Part shown: positions 38,459-50,192 of the stretch, one piece after another
Position numbering within the stretch: position 1 is the first letter of the stretch
Layout: each line of letters opens with the position of its first letter
Source of the DNA: Haliotis rufescens
Lineage: Eukaryota
Assembly: GCF_023055435.1 (NCBI RefSeq)
Contig: NW_025964365.1
Span: 434,001-498,000, forward strand
Direction: 5' to 3'
Length of the DNA stretch: 64,000 nucleotides
Notes under the pieces: model-generated
The model's database searches: none
Told to the model about the DNA's origin: nothing
The model's input: the letters and a program-made list of their open reading frames with translations, nothing else
Made by a program: the position numbers and the translations under genes

Positions 38459-39060
38459 AAATGAATTTGTGCATCTCCTACTGTCAACTGGCTGTGTGAC
38501 TTTTATTGAGCAGCAGCTGATTACTCCGAACGACCATAGCCTCTGTCCTCTCATCGTTTAGCTGGAGCGTTTGGGCAGTCATCCATTCTTTCATTTCTTG
38601 TGTGCAACTTCAGTGTAAAAGTAACTGAAGTTACTTGGTATTCGTCCGCGTAAAATTAAAGGCTAATGTTATGCTTGTCGGTAGTATCCCCAAGGGGACA
38701 CATATATTCTAGTAACAAAATTGGGACGAGGACTCAACCCTGCGGGACCCCAAGGGGTTCAGTTCTCCGCTTCCACTTTAACAGACTGGGATCTGCCAGC
38801 CAGGTAGGACATGAAGCAGTCAAATGCCATTCCTTCGATTCCAGTCTGATCCTTCAGTGTGGAGAGGAGTTTGTCAAGACGATATTATTAAAGGCATGGC
38901 TCAGATGCCATGGACATGGTACGCCATATTACCGGAATCAACTGTATATCTCAGACCATTTAGCACCCTCAGTAACGGCGTCTCGTGCTGCGGTGATTGG
39001 AATTTGTCCAAAAGCTAATGTTTGGAGATGTCTCTTTGTCGAGGATTGTGATCATACATT
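38459..39060 (-). mobile_element. Decayed L2/CR1-group LINE ORF2 (reverse transcriptase) remnant
   Basis: Minus-strand translation with stops and frameshifts: LLDKFQS, ETPLLRVLNGL..VDSG, LSHAFNNI, GVPQG*VLVPILLLEYMCPLGD (38751 down), FYADE (38655 down), CTQEMKEWMTAQTLQLNDERTE. These match L2-type RT motifs in the right order. Confidence 0.85.
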
Positions 39061-40736
39061 CGCACTGATTGTGATCATTGGTTTGCCAACACACTGATTT
39101 GCACATCAACAATAATCAAAATTAATAGTGAGAACCTTCCACAATTTAATGAAACTGTCATATATCCAAATACCAGTGACACATATCTTTGATTCGTTTT
39201 GACAATTCATTCCTGTCTGTACTGATTTTTCACCATGTCTGCATGAAGAAGGAAGTCTTCGATAGCTCGTATAATTCATTCAGTATTTATAGTCAAAATG
39301 GAGATATAAATGTACGAAAACTGTAAAGCCTTTATTATTTTTGCAGTGTTAATATATGTTATTTGAACAAAACATAATATATCAAATATCAAAAATATTT
39401 ATTAGCTATTCTTACCAACGACGTGGGGAACGTTAGCCAACATCAGCAACGGGGATGGCATTGTGGGCGAAGTAGCTGCAGCCCGTTATGCCATGACAGG
39501 ATCCGCAGAGCGTGGTTTAGAATCCCCTTGTTTCCTCAATTCCGGTTATTCTCTGGCGTTTAATGTGTATTTGATTCAAGCCATTTAAACCCAGATTGTT
39601 ACGTATGCGATGTATATCAGTCAAGCGGCTGACTAATAAACCCGATGGGAACACTGCCCCAGTTTGACGGAGTACAACTTTAAGTACAATGTTTCGAAAT
39701 GGACTTACACCAGGGCATGGAACATAACCCTCCTTTAAGATGACACTCCGTGATATCGCTGGGAATGAAAGCGGCATAAAACAGTGTGAAGCTAAATTAA
39801 ACTGACAAAACACTTTCCATAATCATAAGAAATCAAAAGTGAAGTCTATTGTATGATTCCGTGTTTGTGGATCACTATCAATGATCAATTATCAAATAGA
39901 TATGATATCATGGGTTCGCAAACAAGAATCCTGCTCAAACGGTGGCACTCGTCACAACCACATGCAAAGGCAAGTAAGGAAAATGAAAAATAAATACGAG
40001 AACATACGATCAAAATAGGGAATAACCATATTTTTTGTCATTGATCAAATTTCGTAATGTCCTCCATGTGTCTACCATAAAACGTTTGGAACCATAAATA
40101 TTACGATTCTAATCGAACAACGTTTGAGGAAGAGTTGTCGTATGACCCTCTTTGAAATTGAAAAACAAATCAATGTAAAGCTGAAACCATTTTATTCGGT
40201 GATCTTGTGAAAACATTTCTTCATGTGTGACCAAGAGGCTTACCATACATAAAAATAAACGAAATATAGCTTAAGGTTCACACGCTGACCCAGGACATGA
40301 GTTATAGACAGGCGATACCACCCACCGGCCCCACCGGTGGCGACACACTATTGTAGTACTGTACATGGTACAACCCTTCTTATCTTGCAGGTTATCAGGT
40401 GTTTGTTCCGCGTCAGTAAATTCAATCAATAGTACGACAAAGCTTATAACACGCCTGCTCAACCGGTCACAAAACTAACCACACCTCGTACCTAGCGATC
40501 TAGGTGTTGTTCAGCTATTAACGTGAAATTGACTATAGACAGGCAAGCTATTGATCATAGTCGTTGTTGGAATGTATTGCTCGAATATCATGGCTATGAT
40601 CATTAAAAAAGAGAGTCTTTTAAAAGAGAACAACAGCAAGTCATGTCAGAAACATATGGAATACTGTAAGGGACATTCTCGCGATCTCGCATTATCGCGA
40701 CATCGACTTCTGGATAGGAGCGAAATATGCCAATAA

Positions 40737-41320
40737 CAAAGCTTCAGGTTCTCATTCATATGGGTGTCAAAGCTTCAGGTTCTCATTCATCTGGGTCTCA
40801 AAGCTTCGGGTTCTCATTCATCTAGGTTTCGAAGCTTCAGGGTCTCATTCATATTGGTGTCAAAGCTTCAGGTTCTCATTCATCTAGGAGTCGAAGCTTC
40901 AGGTTCTCATTCATCTACCTGTCGAAGCTTCAGGTTCTCATTCATCTTGGTGTCAAAGCTTCAGGTTCTCGTTCTTCTGGGTGTCAAAGCTTCAGGTTCT
41001 CATTCATCTTGGTGTCAAAGCTTCAGGTCCTCGTTTATCTAGGTTTCAAAGCTTCAGGGTCTCATTCATCTGGGTGTCAAGGCTTCAGGTTCTCATTTAA
41101 TTTGGTGTCAAAGCTTCAGGTTCTCATTCATCTAGGTGTCGAAGCTTCGATTTTGGAAACATCAAGGTGCCAATAGCTCCGTTTCATCTAAGTGTCAACA
41201 CTTGCGATTCATCCAGGTGAAAAGAATTCTCATTCATCTTGGTTCTAAGAGATCTCATTTATCTAGGTGTCGATGTTCTCATTCGTCTATATGTCAAGAG
41301 CTCTGTTTCATTTACGTGTC
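40737..41320. repeat. 31-bp minisatellite (CAAAGCTTCAGGTTCTCATTCATCTGGGTGT), ~13 good copies then degenerate
   Basis: Units start at 40737, 40768, 40799 and so on. Confidence 0.9.
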
Positions 41321-41932
41321 TCGAATCAACATCGTGTATACGCGATTGTTTAAAAGGCAAATGTAACCGATTACGTGAAGAAAGATGAATTGATATCCCA
41401 TTCACCAAACCCCACCTTATTTGAAATCAATATTGATACGATCGAAGAGTTTTGATACACGGGACGGGAACCAATGTCCATTTTCATTTAAGCACACATG
41501 TAAAGGTACCAATAATAGTGTATTTCTTTCCTCGCGTAATCAATTACATCTCCGTTTTAAACAATCGCGTATGCACGATTTTGTGATATTAAAACATTTC
41601 ATTTAATTAATTATCAGTTACTTCTTTGGACATACGTAAGACTTGAAACATGCATGGTCCGTCTCGTGACGATAATTAATTACAAATATACTCGAATAAC
41701 TTGAAGGTTTGTGTATGCTTCGCTGTGTACGAGATCATTTTTTGTTGCGTTATCGACCAATCAAGTTACGAATTCCATGATGGTTACAATGTTGTAGCAA
41801 CAGCCATGCAAATGACAAGGGAAGAAATACATTTGTTTGCTCAGACAACAGACTTAAAACAGTCGACGAACTAGTCTGTTGTCATTTCATGTCAACTTAT
41901 AACGGCAGAACCTTCGTCGAGTAATACATAAC

Positions 41933-43303
41933 ATGGCGGGAGTGTTTGAGAGTCTGAAGGGTGCCGGTGCCATTGGCATCGTTGTTCTTGTTCTTGCTCT
42001 TGTAGGGAACATATGTAACTGGATAGCCTTTACTACCGCAGCATGGGCTCGTGAATTTCCAGATACAAATAAGGAGACTTTCACTGGCTACGGGCTGTGG
42101 AGAATATGTGGAACAGGCACAGATACCGGCTTCGGTAAAGTTGTATCTGGATGCACCCAGATAGACGGAACCAATCTCGGTAAAGTATATTATCCTTTCA
42201 TTAAACAATATTCTATTATAGAGATATATAATATTTGATTAGAGTTCTCCTATTCATGGGGTGATTTATGGGGGGGGGGGGATGTTCGGACAATGACAAT
42301 GTAATAGTAAAACCCGGGAAACAAAGATGCACCAAGACCATAGCTGCTTCAATATATTCAAAAACCATTGGCCCCTTTGGGCACATTAATGATAACATCG
42401 TTCGCCTGTCACGCCGAAGATCAGTAAGGGTAAGGGTGTATGGTTTGGGTTTCAGCGTATTATGGCGCTGTTCAGGCTTTGGTATCAATTGGATTTCTGG
42501 GACTCAACGCAATGTGCCTCATCATCATCCTCAAGATATTCACAAGCAAGTGTGCCGACGTCTCCGACATCGATAAAGTCAACGGCATCCAAGCTATCGT
42601 TACAGGTATGGCGTCAAACAACTCACACTAACATTATTGATTCAGTTCAGTTTGACCTGAACAAGAAGTAAACAATACCTGAAGAATACAGTGCTTACCT
42701 TTTTCTTATATGATTCATGTTTTTTACCGTTTGTAATGTTAATCAATATATTGCACTAATGCATTTTTTGTGTCAGATTATAACAACTTGTTGTTGTTGA
42801 TTTTTGATAATTTAAAAACAATTCGAATGGTTAATTGACAATTGCTGATTACTAGGTCACACGTGTTCACATCACTTTATTTGATATGAGTATAATGCCT
42901 GTTTCTAGTTAAGACTACAACACTAACGATTTCACCTTTCATAGCATAGCCTAAATGATTATAACCTTGAAGTTTTTATGTCTACTCAAATGTAATTATG
43001 CAACAAGGAGCGTAATTTGAATAAACCAGTAAGGCCTGTTTACCAATCCCTTTCAAGTAAAGTTGAATAAAATATGTTTAATCTGTATCATTTCCAGGTG
43101 TTCTTTACTTGATCGGCATCATTATATTTGGTGCGGAATACGGCAATGGAGACAAACTTCGTAACGTAGTCGGTACCACTACCGTGGATGGCGACCTGGG
43201 CTACTCATTCGTCTTTGCTGTGTTCGCCATGTTGCTTGAGATCGTTGTCGGCGTTGTGCTTCTTGTGACCAGCCTCAAAGGTGGATCTGTGGCCGCCAAA
43301 TAG
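41933..43303 (+). CDS. Claudin/PMP22/EMP-family tetraspan membrane protein, copy A, 3 exons, 200 aa
   Basis: Exons 41933-42179, 42456-42605, 43098-43303 (GT-AG, both introns phase 1, 603 nt). Four hydrophobic segments; loop-1 signature W...YGLWRIC...C; AVQA at the start of TM2; LGYSF before TM4. Confidence 0.9.
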
Positions 43304-43797
43304 TAACCACTATATAAAGTCAGGGGGATTGGAGAATATTCTGCTGTGTTGTGGAAGGATGAAATCGACACAACAAATGTTGTCAAGTCAAGTTCCCCTG
43401 CAGGAAGTACTCCCACCCTGTGACGAGGCTTCACTTTGAATTCTTTACAATACCAGTGTGATGGTGATTTCCTTATATCCCCTTGAACAATGCTTGTCAT
43501 ATACAATATCCCTGTCGAATTTCTTGAATGAGATGCCAGCTACTATGACTGGAACTATGCAAACCAGACTTAACCTATTTTTCACCAGAAGTCTCACTTC
43601 AATGACGATGGGTACTATGCAAACTGTTTACCGTCGGAAAATAAAAGAAATGAATCAAATTGTTTTTACTTTTTCCCAATGAGTTTTGTCGTTTCTATTA
43701 CTTAGACGTTAATATTAACAATATCCATAAATGACCAGACTACAACACACCACACCACGCCGCGCCACGCCACGCCACGCCACGCCACACTACACTG

Positions 43798-44056
43798 ACC
43801 CGTGAAGATCTGGGTTAGAATTAGTCTTTAGCAAACCATGCTTGCCATAAAGGGGACTATGCTTGTCGTGAGAGGAGACAAACGGCATCGGGTGGACAGG
43901 TTCGCTCACTTGGTTGATGCATGTCATCTTATCCCAATGGATTGATGCTCATGATGTTAATCACTGGATTGACTGGTCCAAACTCGATTATTTACAGAAC
44001 GCCGTCATGTTACTGAAATATTGCTGAGTGCGGCGTTAAACAACAAACAGACAAAC
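43798..44056 (+). mobile_element. SINE-like family D downstream of tetraspan copy A (paralog 50774-51008)
   Basis: Begins ACCCGTGAAGATCTGGGTTAGAAT; ends GCGGCGTTAAACAACAAAC. Confidence 0.85.
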
Positions 44057-46799
44057 ACCATACAAAAGCGACATTAACCCTGTTGTGCTCTTTCAATGTT
44101 TTGAGATTGTAATAACCATAACATAGCAGACACAATACACTCTCAAATCGACCACGTACACCTTCACAACTGGTAACGTATACGTACACACAGAGCATAC
44201 TATGTTCCATAGCGTGAACGCTTGATTGAGATGTATTGTTGTCTAGTCTCCCATGTAAGTGGTCATGACATGAATAATGTGTACTGTGGAAGTATATAAT
44301 ATTTGAATACTTCTTGTTGTCAAGCCGGCTATTCTCAACCAAGTACCTATAGCATTCATACTGCCATATCACAGACAATCAGGTAATTTCGAAAACACAG
44401 CTTGCAGTTAAATATTGTGCTGAATAATGTGATTTGTTATAGTTATTGTTATGGTTATATCATGTATACGGTAATTGTATGAGCCATAGATTCAAATGAA
44501 TGTTTGCGCACTTATGACTTAACAAACATTGATTGACGATTGATTCTTAACCATTTTCTTACACTATTCGGGGTTTGGACCAATGTGACAAAATTTCAGT
44601 TTGGTAACCTTTCTTTTGCTCGTCAGTTTTATCTGTTAATATGTAATATGTATCACATGTACTTGTCGATCAACTTTATTTCGTAATTCAGGCCGCATTG
44701 CCCAAAGTGCAGATGAAAGAAGAATCATATTAAAGTCACATGCCCAGCGTGTTAGACACTCGCTATCTCATTATTTAAAAATCTTACATAAATTTAGACC
44801 TATAAAACTTACAACATTAATAGCACATTCATACAAAAAGGACATCGTATTCATCCTCTACTTAACGAAGGTTATTCGGGGTTTGGACCCAACGTGTCAA
44901 GCTGTCAGTTTGGGAACCTTTTATGGCTCGTCAGTTTTAGCTGTTGGATAACATGTATCATATGTACTAGTCGATCAACTTTATATTTCGTAATTCAGGC
45001 CACACTGCACATAGTGCAGATGAAAGATGAATCATATTAAAGTCACATGCCCAGCGTGTCACTTTAAATAGTTTACATAAATATAGAACTATAAAACATA
45101 GAACAATAATAGCACTTAAGTTATACTTATTTGCCAACGTAATTCTACCTTTATCATATTTCTGGAATGAGATAAGACAACTATTTCGATAGAGACTATA
45201 ATTCTTACATACAAAAAAAGACATTGCATTCATCTCCACTAAATGAAGGTCACTGTCTTTACATACTGAATCTGTATAAGGTATAGTTAACGCTGACTTT
45301 TCGCAAATAATGTTTACTCGACAGTTGTTTAGAGACTTTCGAAGTTTGCACATTGCTCTAACAAATCGTTTGTCTCTCGGTACAGTTATATAAAACACAG
45401 GTTATAGAAGATATTTTATATGAACAAAATGCACTAGAAAGACAGAAACCTCCAAACTTCGGTACAATATTTGGAACAAAAGTATCTGTTTAACGTCTTT
45501 TGAATGCATACAAACCTCTTCGTATCCCCTACATCAACCACACACACGCAAAGCCATGATTAAATAACATTTGTTAACATACGATGCCCTATTCACTTTA
45601 ATATTCTCCGCCAATAATTTAAACAGAACATAACTTGTGAAGGGGTATCGACTTGCATTCACTCACAAAAACTTAATCCAGTACTTCAGTGCCCTTATTG
45701 GCGTATTTAAAAACATAAATTTGAGACCAGATATTTTGCAGCTGCTGCAAAATCATGCAACAATGTCATATTTAAGGCCGTCAAGTACTTCTTTTTCGAA
45801 ATAAAATGAAGCTTAATTATTTTTTTCAAGAATATTCTTTTTCGATGAAATTCCAGCTGTCCATAGTAATACTGCGGTATGGTATCTCAATGGCCAAGCT
45901 CTATACATCCGTAGTTAGTCNNNNNNNNNNNNNNNNNNNNNNNNNNNNNNNNNNNNNNNNNNNNNNNNNNNNNNNNNNNNNNNNNNNNNNNNNNNNNNNN
46001 NNNNNNNNNNNNNNNNNNNNNNNNNNNNNNNNNNNNNNNNNNNNNNNNNNNNNNNNNNNNNNNNNNNNNNNNNNNNNNNNNNNNNNNNNNNNNNNNNNNN
46101 NNNNNNNNNNNNNNNNNNNNNNNNNNNNNNNNNNNNNNNNNNNNNNNNNNNNNNNNNNNNNNNNNNNNNNNNNNNNNNNNNNNNNNNNNNNNNNNNNNNN
46201 NNNNNNNNNNNNNNNNNNNNNNNNNNNNNNNNNNNNNNNNNNNNNNNNNNNNNNNNNNNNNNNNNNNNNNNNNNNNNNNNNNNNNNNNNNNNNNNNNNNN
46301 NNNNNNNNNNNNNNNNNNNNNNNNNNNNNNNNNNNNNNNNNNNNNNNNNNNNNNNNNNNNNNNNNNNNNNNNNNNNNNNNNNNNNNNNNNNNNNNNNNNN
46401 NNNNNNNNNNNNNNNNNNNNNNNNNNNNNNNNNNNNNNNNNNNNNNNNNNNNNNNNNNNNNNNNNNNNNNNNNNNNNNNNNNNNNNNNNNNNNGAAGTAC
46501 TCTGCACTAATGACCTCACCTTTATTTGAAATCAATATCAATGCGATCGTAAAGACCATTCTCTGATCTATTTGGTATGTTTATTCATAAATCCATTCGC
46601 ATAGTATGAAAACAGGGCAGGCTGCGTCCAGTTCAATGAAGCAGGCTTGTGAAGGCTCTACAAAGCAGTATAGAAACATTCCATTCCACTCGTTATGTGA
46701 AACATGCGTTGCCAGTAACATGATGACAAATATACTGGAATAACTTGAAGGGTTATGTATGATTCGCTATGTATGAGATCATTCTTTGTTATAATCTTT

Positions 46800-48695
46800 T
46801 CTGCACCCCGAGTTTCATATAACTGTACTCAGAGACAAACGCTTTGATGGAGCAATGTGTAAATTTCGAATATTCTCGGAACAACTTTCGACATTAATAT
46901 TATTATGTGAAAAATCAACATTACATATACCTTATACAAATTCTGAATGTAAAGACAGTAACCTTCGTAGAGGATGAATACGTTGTCTTTTTTGTATGTA
47001 AGCGCTATTAATGTTGTAAGTTTTATAGGTCTAAATTTATGTAAGATATTTAAAATGAGATGGCGAGAGTGTAACACGCTGGGCATGTGACTTTAATATG
47101 ATTCATCTTTCATCTGCACTATGTGCAGTGTGGCCTGAATTACGAAATATAAAGTTGATCGACTAGTACATATGATACATGTTATCCAACAGCTAAAACT
47201 GACGAGCAATAAAAGGTATTTGGTTGAGAATAGCCGGCTTGACAACAAGAAGTATTTATATATCATATACTTCCACAGTGCAAATTATTCATGACAGGAA
47301 CACTTACATATACATGGGAGACCAGACAACAATATGTGTCAATCGAGCGTTCACGCTATGGAACATAGTATAATCTGTGTGTACGTATACGTTACCAGTT
47401 GTGAAGGTGTACGTGGTCGAGAGAAAGTGTATTGCGTCTACTATGTTACGGTTATTACAATCTCAGAACATTGAAAGAGCACAACTATGTTTAATGTCGC
47501 TTTTGTGTGGTGTTTGTTTGCTTGACAGTGGTACTGAAGGGAGTACGTAGTTTGTCTCTATTCCCGTATTCCGCACCGAATATAATGATGCCCACCAAGT
47601 AAAGAAAACCTGGAAATTATATAGTGTAAAAATATCTAATTCAACACTTTACTTGAAAGGGATCGGTAAACAAGCCTTACTGGCTTATTGAAATTACGCT
47701 CACTGTTACATAAATACATTTGTGTAGACATAAAAATTTCAAGGTTTTAAATAACTTAGGCTATAGTAGGAAACGTGAATATATGAGAGTTGGAGACCAA
47801 ACTAGAAACAGGCATTATATATACTCTTTTTAAATAAAGTGATGTATACTCGTGTCGCCTAAATATCAGCAATGTCAAATAACCAATCGTATTGCATTAA
47901 AGTTATTATCAACAAAAAACACACCTGTAAGTAAGAGTGTTCATACGATAGGGGCGAATATATATTGAAAAACAAACGGAACTTCAGTCTTGATTTCCAC
48001 ATAGTCAACTTTTTAGGGTGCTTAATACAAGTTTTCATAAGGTGAGACAAAAAATGCATTAATGCAACAGCTTGAAAAACATAACAAACTGGAAGAACAT
48101 GAATGATTTAAGAAAGAGGGAAACACTATTTTATTCATGGAGCTTTTACTCCTTGTTCCGGTCAAACTGAACTGATTCAATTATGTTAGTGTGAGTTGTT
48201 TGGATGTTGTTGACTTTATTTGTGATGTAGCATTTTGGACACTTGTCCAGTGGAAGTCAGCTTGGCTCTTCATAACAAGCAGGAAATTGAGTTAGTTTGC
48301 TGTCTCCTAGCATGTACGCCCCCGATCCCAGCAAATCCGGAGACTGTAGAGAACTTTACAAAAGCTGCAGTCAAAGGTATCTTCCAGGTGAAGAAATATA
48401 TAGACATTGTGAAGAGACATTATATGTTCTGACATGTGAGTAGGGATAAACTTAACATAAAAATGCCCCTTTTCGTACACTTACAAATACTGTATTTATA
48501 TGTCTGTAACTCTCCTATGGAGGAATAAAGAATATATGTATATACCAAAGCCTGAACAGCGCCATACTACGCTGAAACCCAAACCATAAACTCTTATTTA
48601 CTGTTCGTCAACGTGACAGGCGAACAATTTCACCTTTTATCAGCCCAAAGGAGCTAATGGTTGTTGATCATATTGAAGCAGCTATGGTCTTGGTG
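46800..48695 (-). pseudogene. Inverted, deleted fragment of a tetraspan paralog (part of intron 1, start of exon 2 with TAG, intron 2, half of exon 3, 3' flank)
   Basis: Reverse complement of 48543-48571 is the exon 2 start CG TAG TAT GGC GCT GTT CAG GCT TTG GTA (in-frame stop). RC of ~47522-47609 is GFLYLVGIIIFGAEYGNRDKLRTPFSTTV (truncated exon 3). 46800-47520 is RC of the 3' flanks seen at 44050-45400 and 51000-52050. Confidence 0.85.
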
Positions 48696-48833
48696 ACAAT
48701 GTTGTAGCAACAGCCATGCAAATGACAAGGTGAGAAATTGCTTAGGAAACAGAATTAAAACAGTCGAAGAACTGGTCGGTTGTATTTTCATGTCAACTTA
48801 TAACGGCAGAACCATCGTCTAGTTATACATAAC

Positions 48834-50192
48834 ATGGCGGGAGTGTTTGATAGTCTGAAGGGTGCCGGTGCCATTGGCATCGTTGTTCTTGTTCTTGCTC
48901 TTTTAGGGAACATATGTAACTGGATAGCCTTTACTACCACAGCATGGGCTCGTCAATTTACAAATACAAATAAGGAGACTTTCACTGGCAACGGGCTGTG
49001 GAGAATATGTGGAACAGGCACAGATACCGGCTTCGGTAAAGTTGTATCTGCATGCACCCAGATAGACGGAACCAATCTCGGTAAAGTATATTATCCTTTT
49101 ATCAAACAACATTCTATTATAGATATATATATTATATTTGATTAGAGTTTTTTCTATTTATGGGGTGATTTATGGGGGAATATGTTCGGACAATGACCAT
49201 AGCTATGCTAATAGTAAAACCCGGGAAACAAGGATGCACCAAGAACATAGCTGCTTCAATATGTTCAAAAAACATTGGCTCTTTGGACACATTAATTATA
49301 ACGTCGTTCGCCTGTCACGCCGAAGATCAGTAGGTAAGAGTTTCTGGTTTGGGTTTCAGCGTATTATGGCGCTGTTCAGGCTTTGGTATCAATTGGATTT
49401 CTGGGACTCAACGCAATGTGCCTCATCATCATCCTCAAGATGTTCACAAAGCAGTGTGCCGACGTCTCCGACATCGATAAAGTCAACGGCATTCAAGCTA
49501 TCGTTACAGGTATGGCGTCAAACAACTCACACTAACATTATTGATTCAGTTCGGTTTGACCTGTACAAGAAGTAAACAATACCTGTAGACATTTGTACTG
49601 TCCTCTTTCCCATATCATTCATGTTTGCAATGTTCATCAATATTTTGCATTGATGCATTTTTTGTGTTACCTCATGATAAAACGTTGACCTAATTATGTG
49701 GAAACATCGTATGAACACTATCAATTCCCAGGTGTGTTTTTGTTTTTTGTTTTAAGACAATACGATTTGATAACTGACAATTGCTGATATTTAAGTGACA
49801 CGAGCAGACATCACTATATTTGAAATGAGTATAATGCATGTTTCTAGTTAAGCCTCCTACACTAACGTATTTATCTTTCATACCATAGCCTAAATTATTT
49901 TGTGTCTACACAAATGTAATTATGTAACAAGGAGCGTAAATTGAATAAGCCAGTAAGGGCTGTTTACAAATCCCTTTTATTTCCAGGTGTTCTTTACTTG
50001 ATCGGCATCATAATATTCGGTGCGGAATACGGTAATGGAGGCAAACTACGTGCTGCCATCGGTGGCACTGTCGTGGACGGCGACCTGGGCTACTCATTCA
50101 TCTTGGCTGTGTTCGCCATGGTGTTGGAGATCGTTGTCGGCGTTGTTCTGCTTGTGACCGGCCTCAAAGGTGGATCTGTGGCCGCCAAATAG
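48834..50192 (+). CDS. Claudin/PMP22-family tetraspan protein, copy B, 3 exons, 200 aa
   Basis: Exons 48834-49080, 49360-49509, 49987-50192. Intact frame; W...NGLWRIC...C and LGYSF motifs. Confidence 0.87.
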
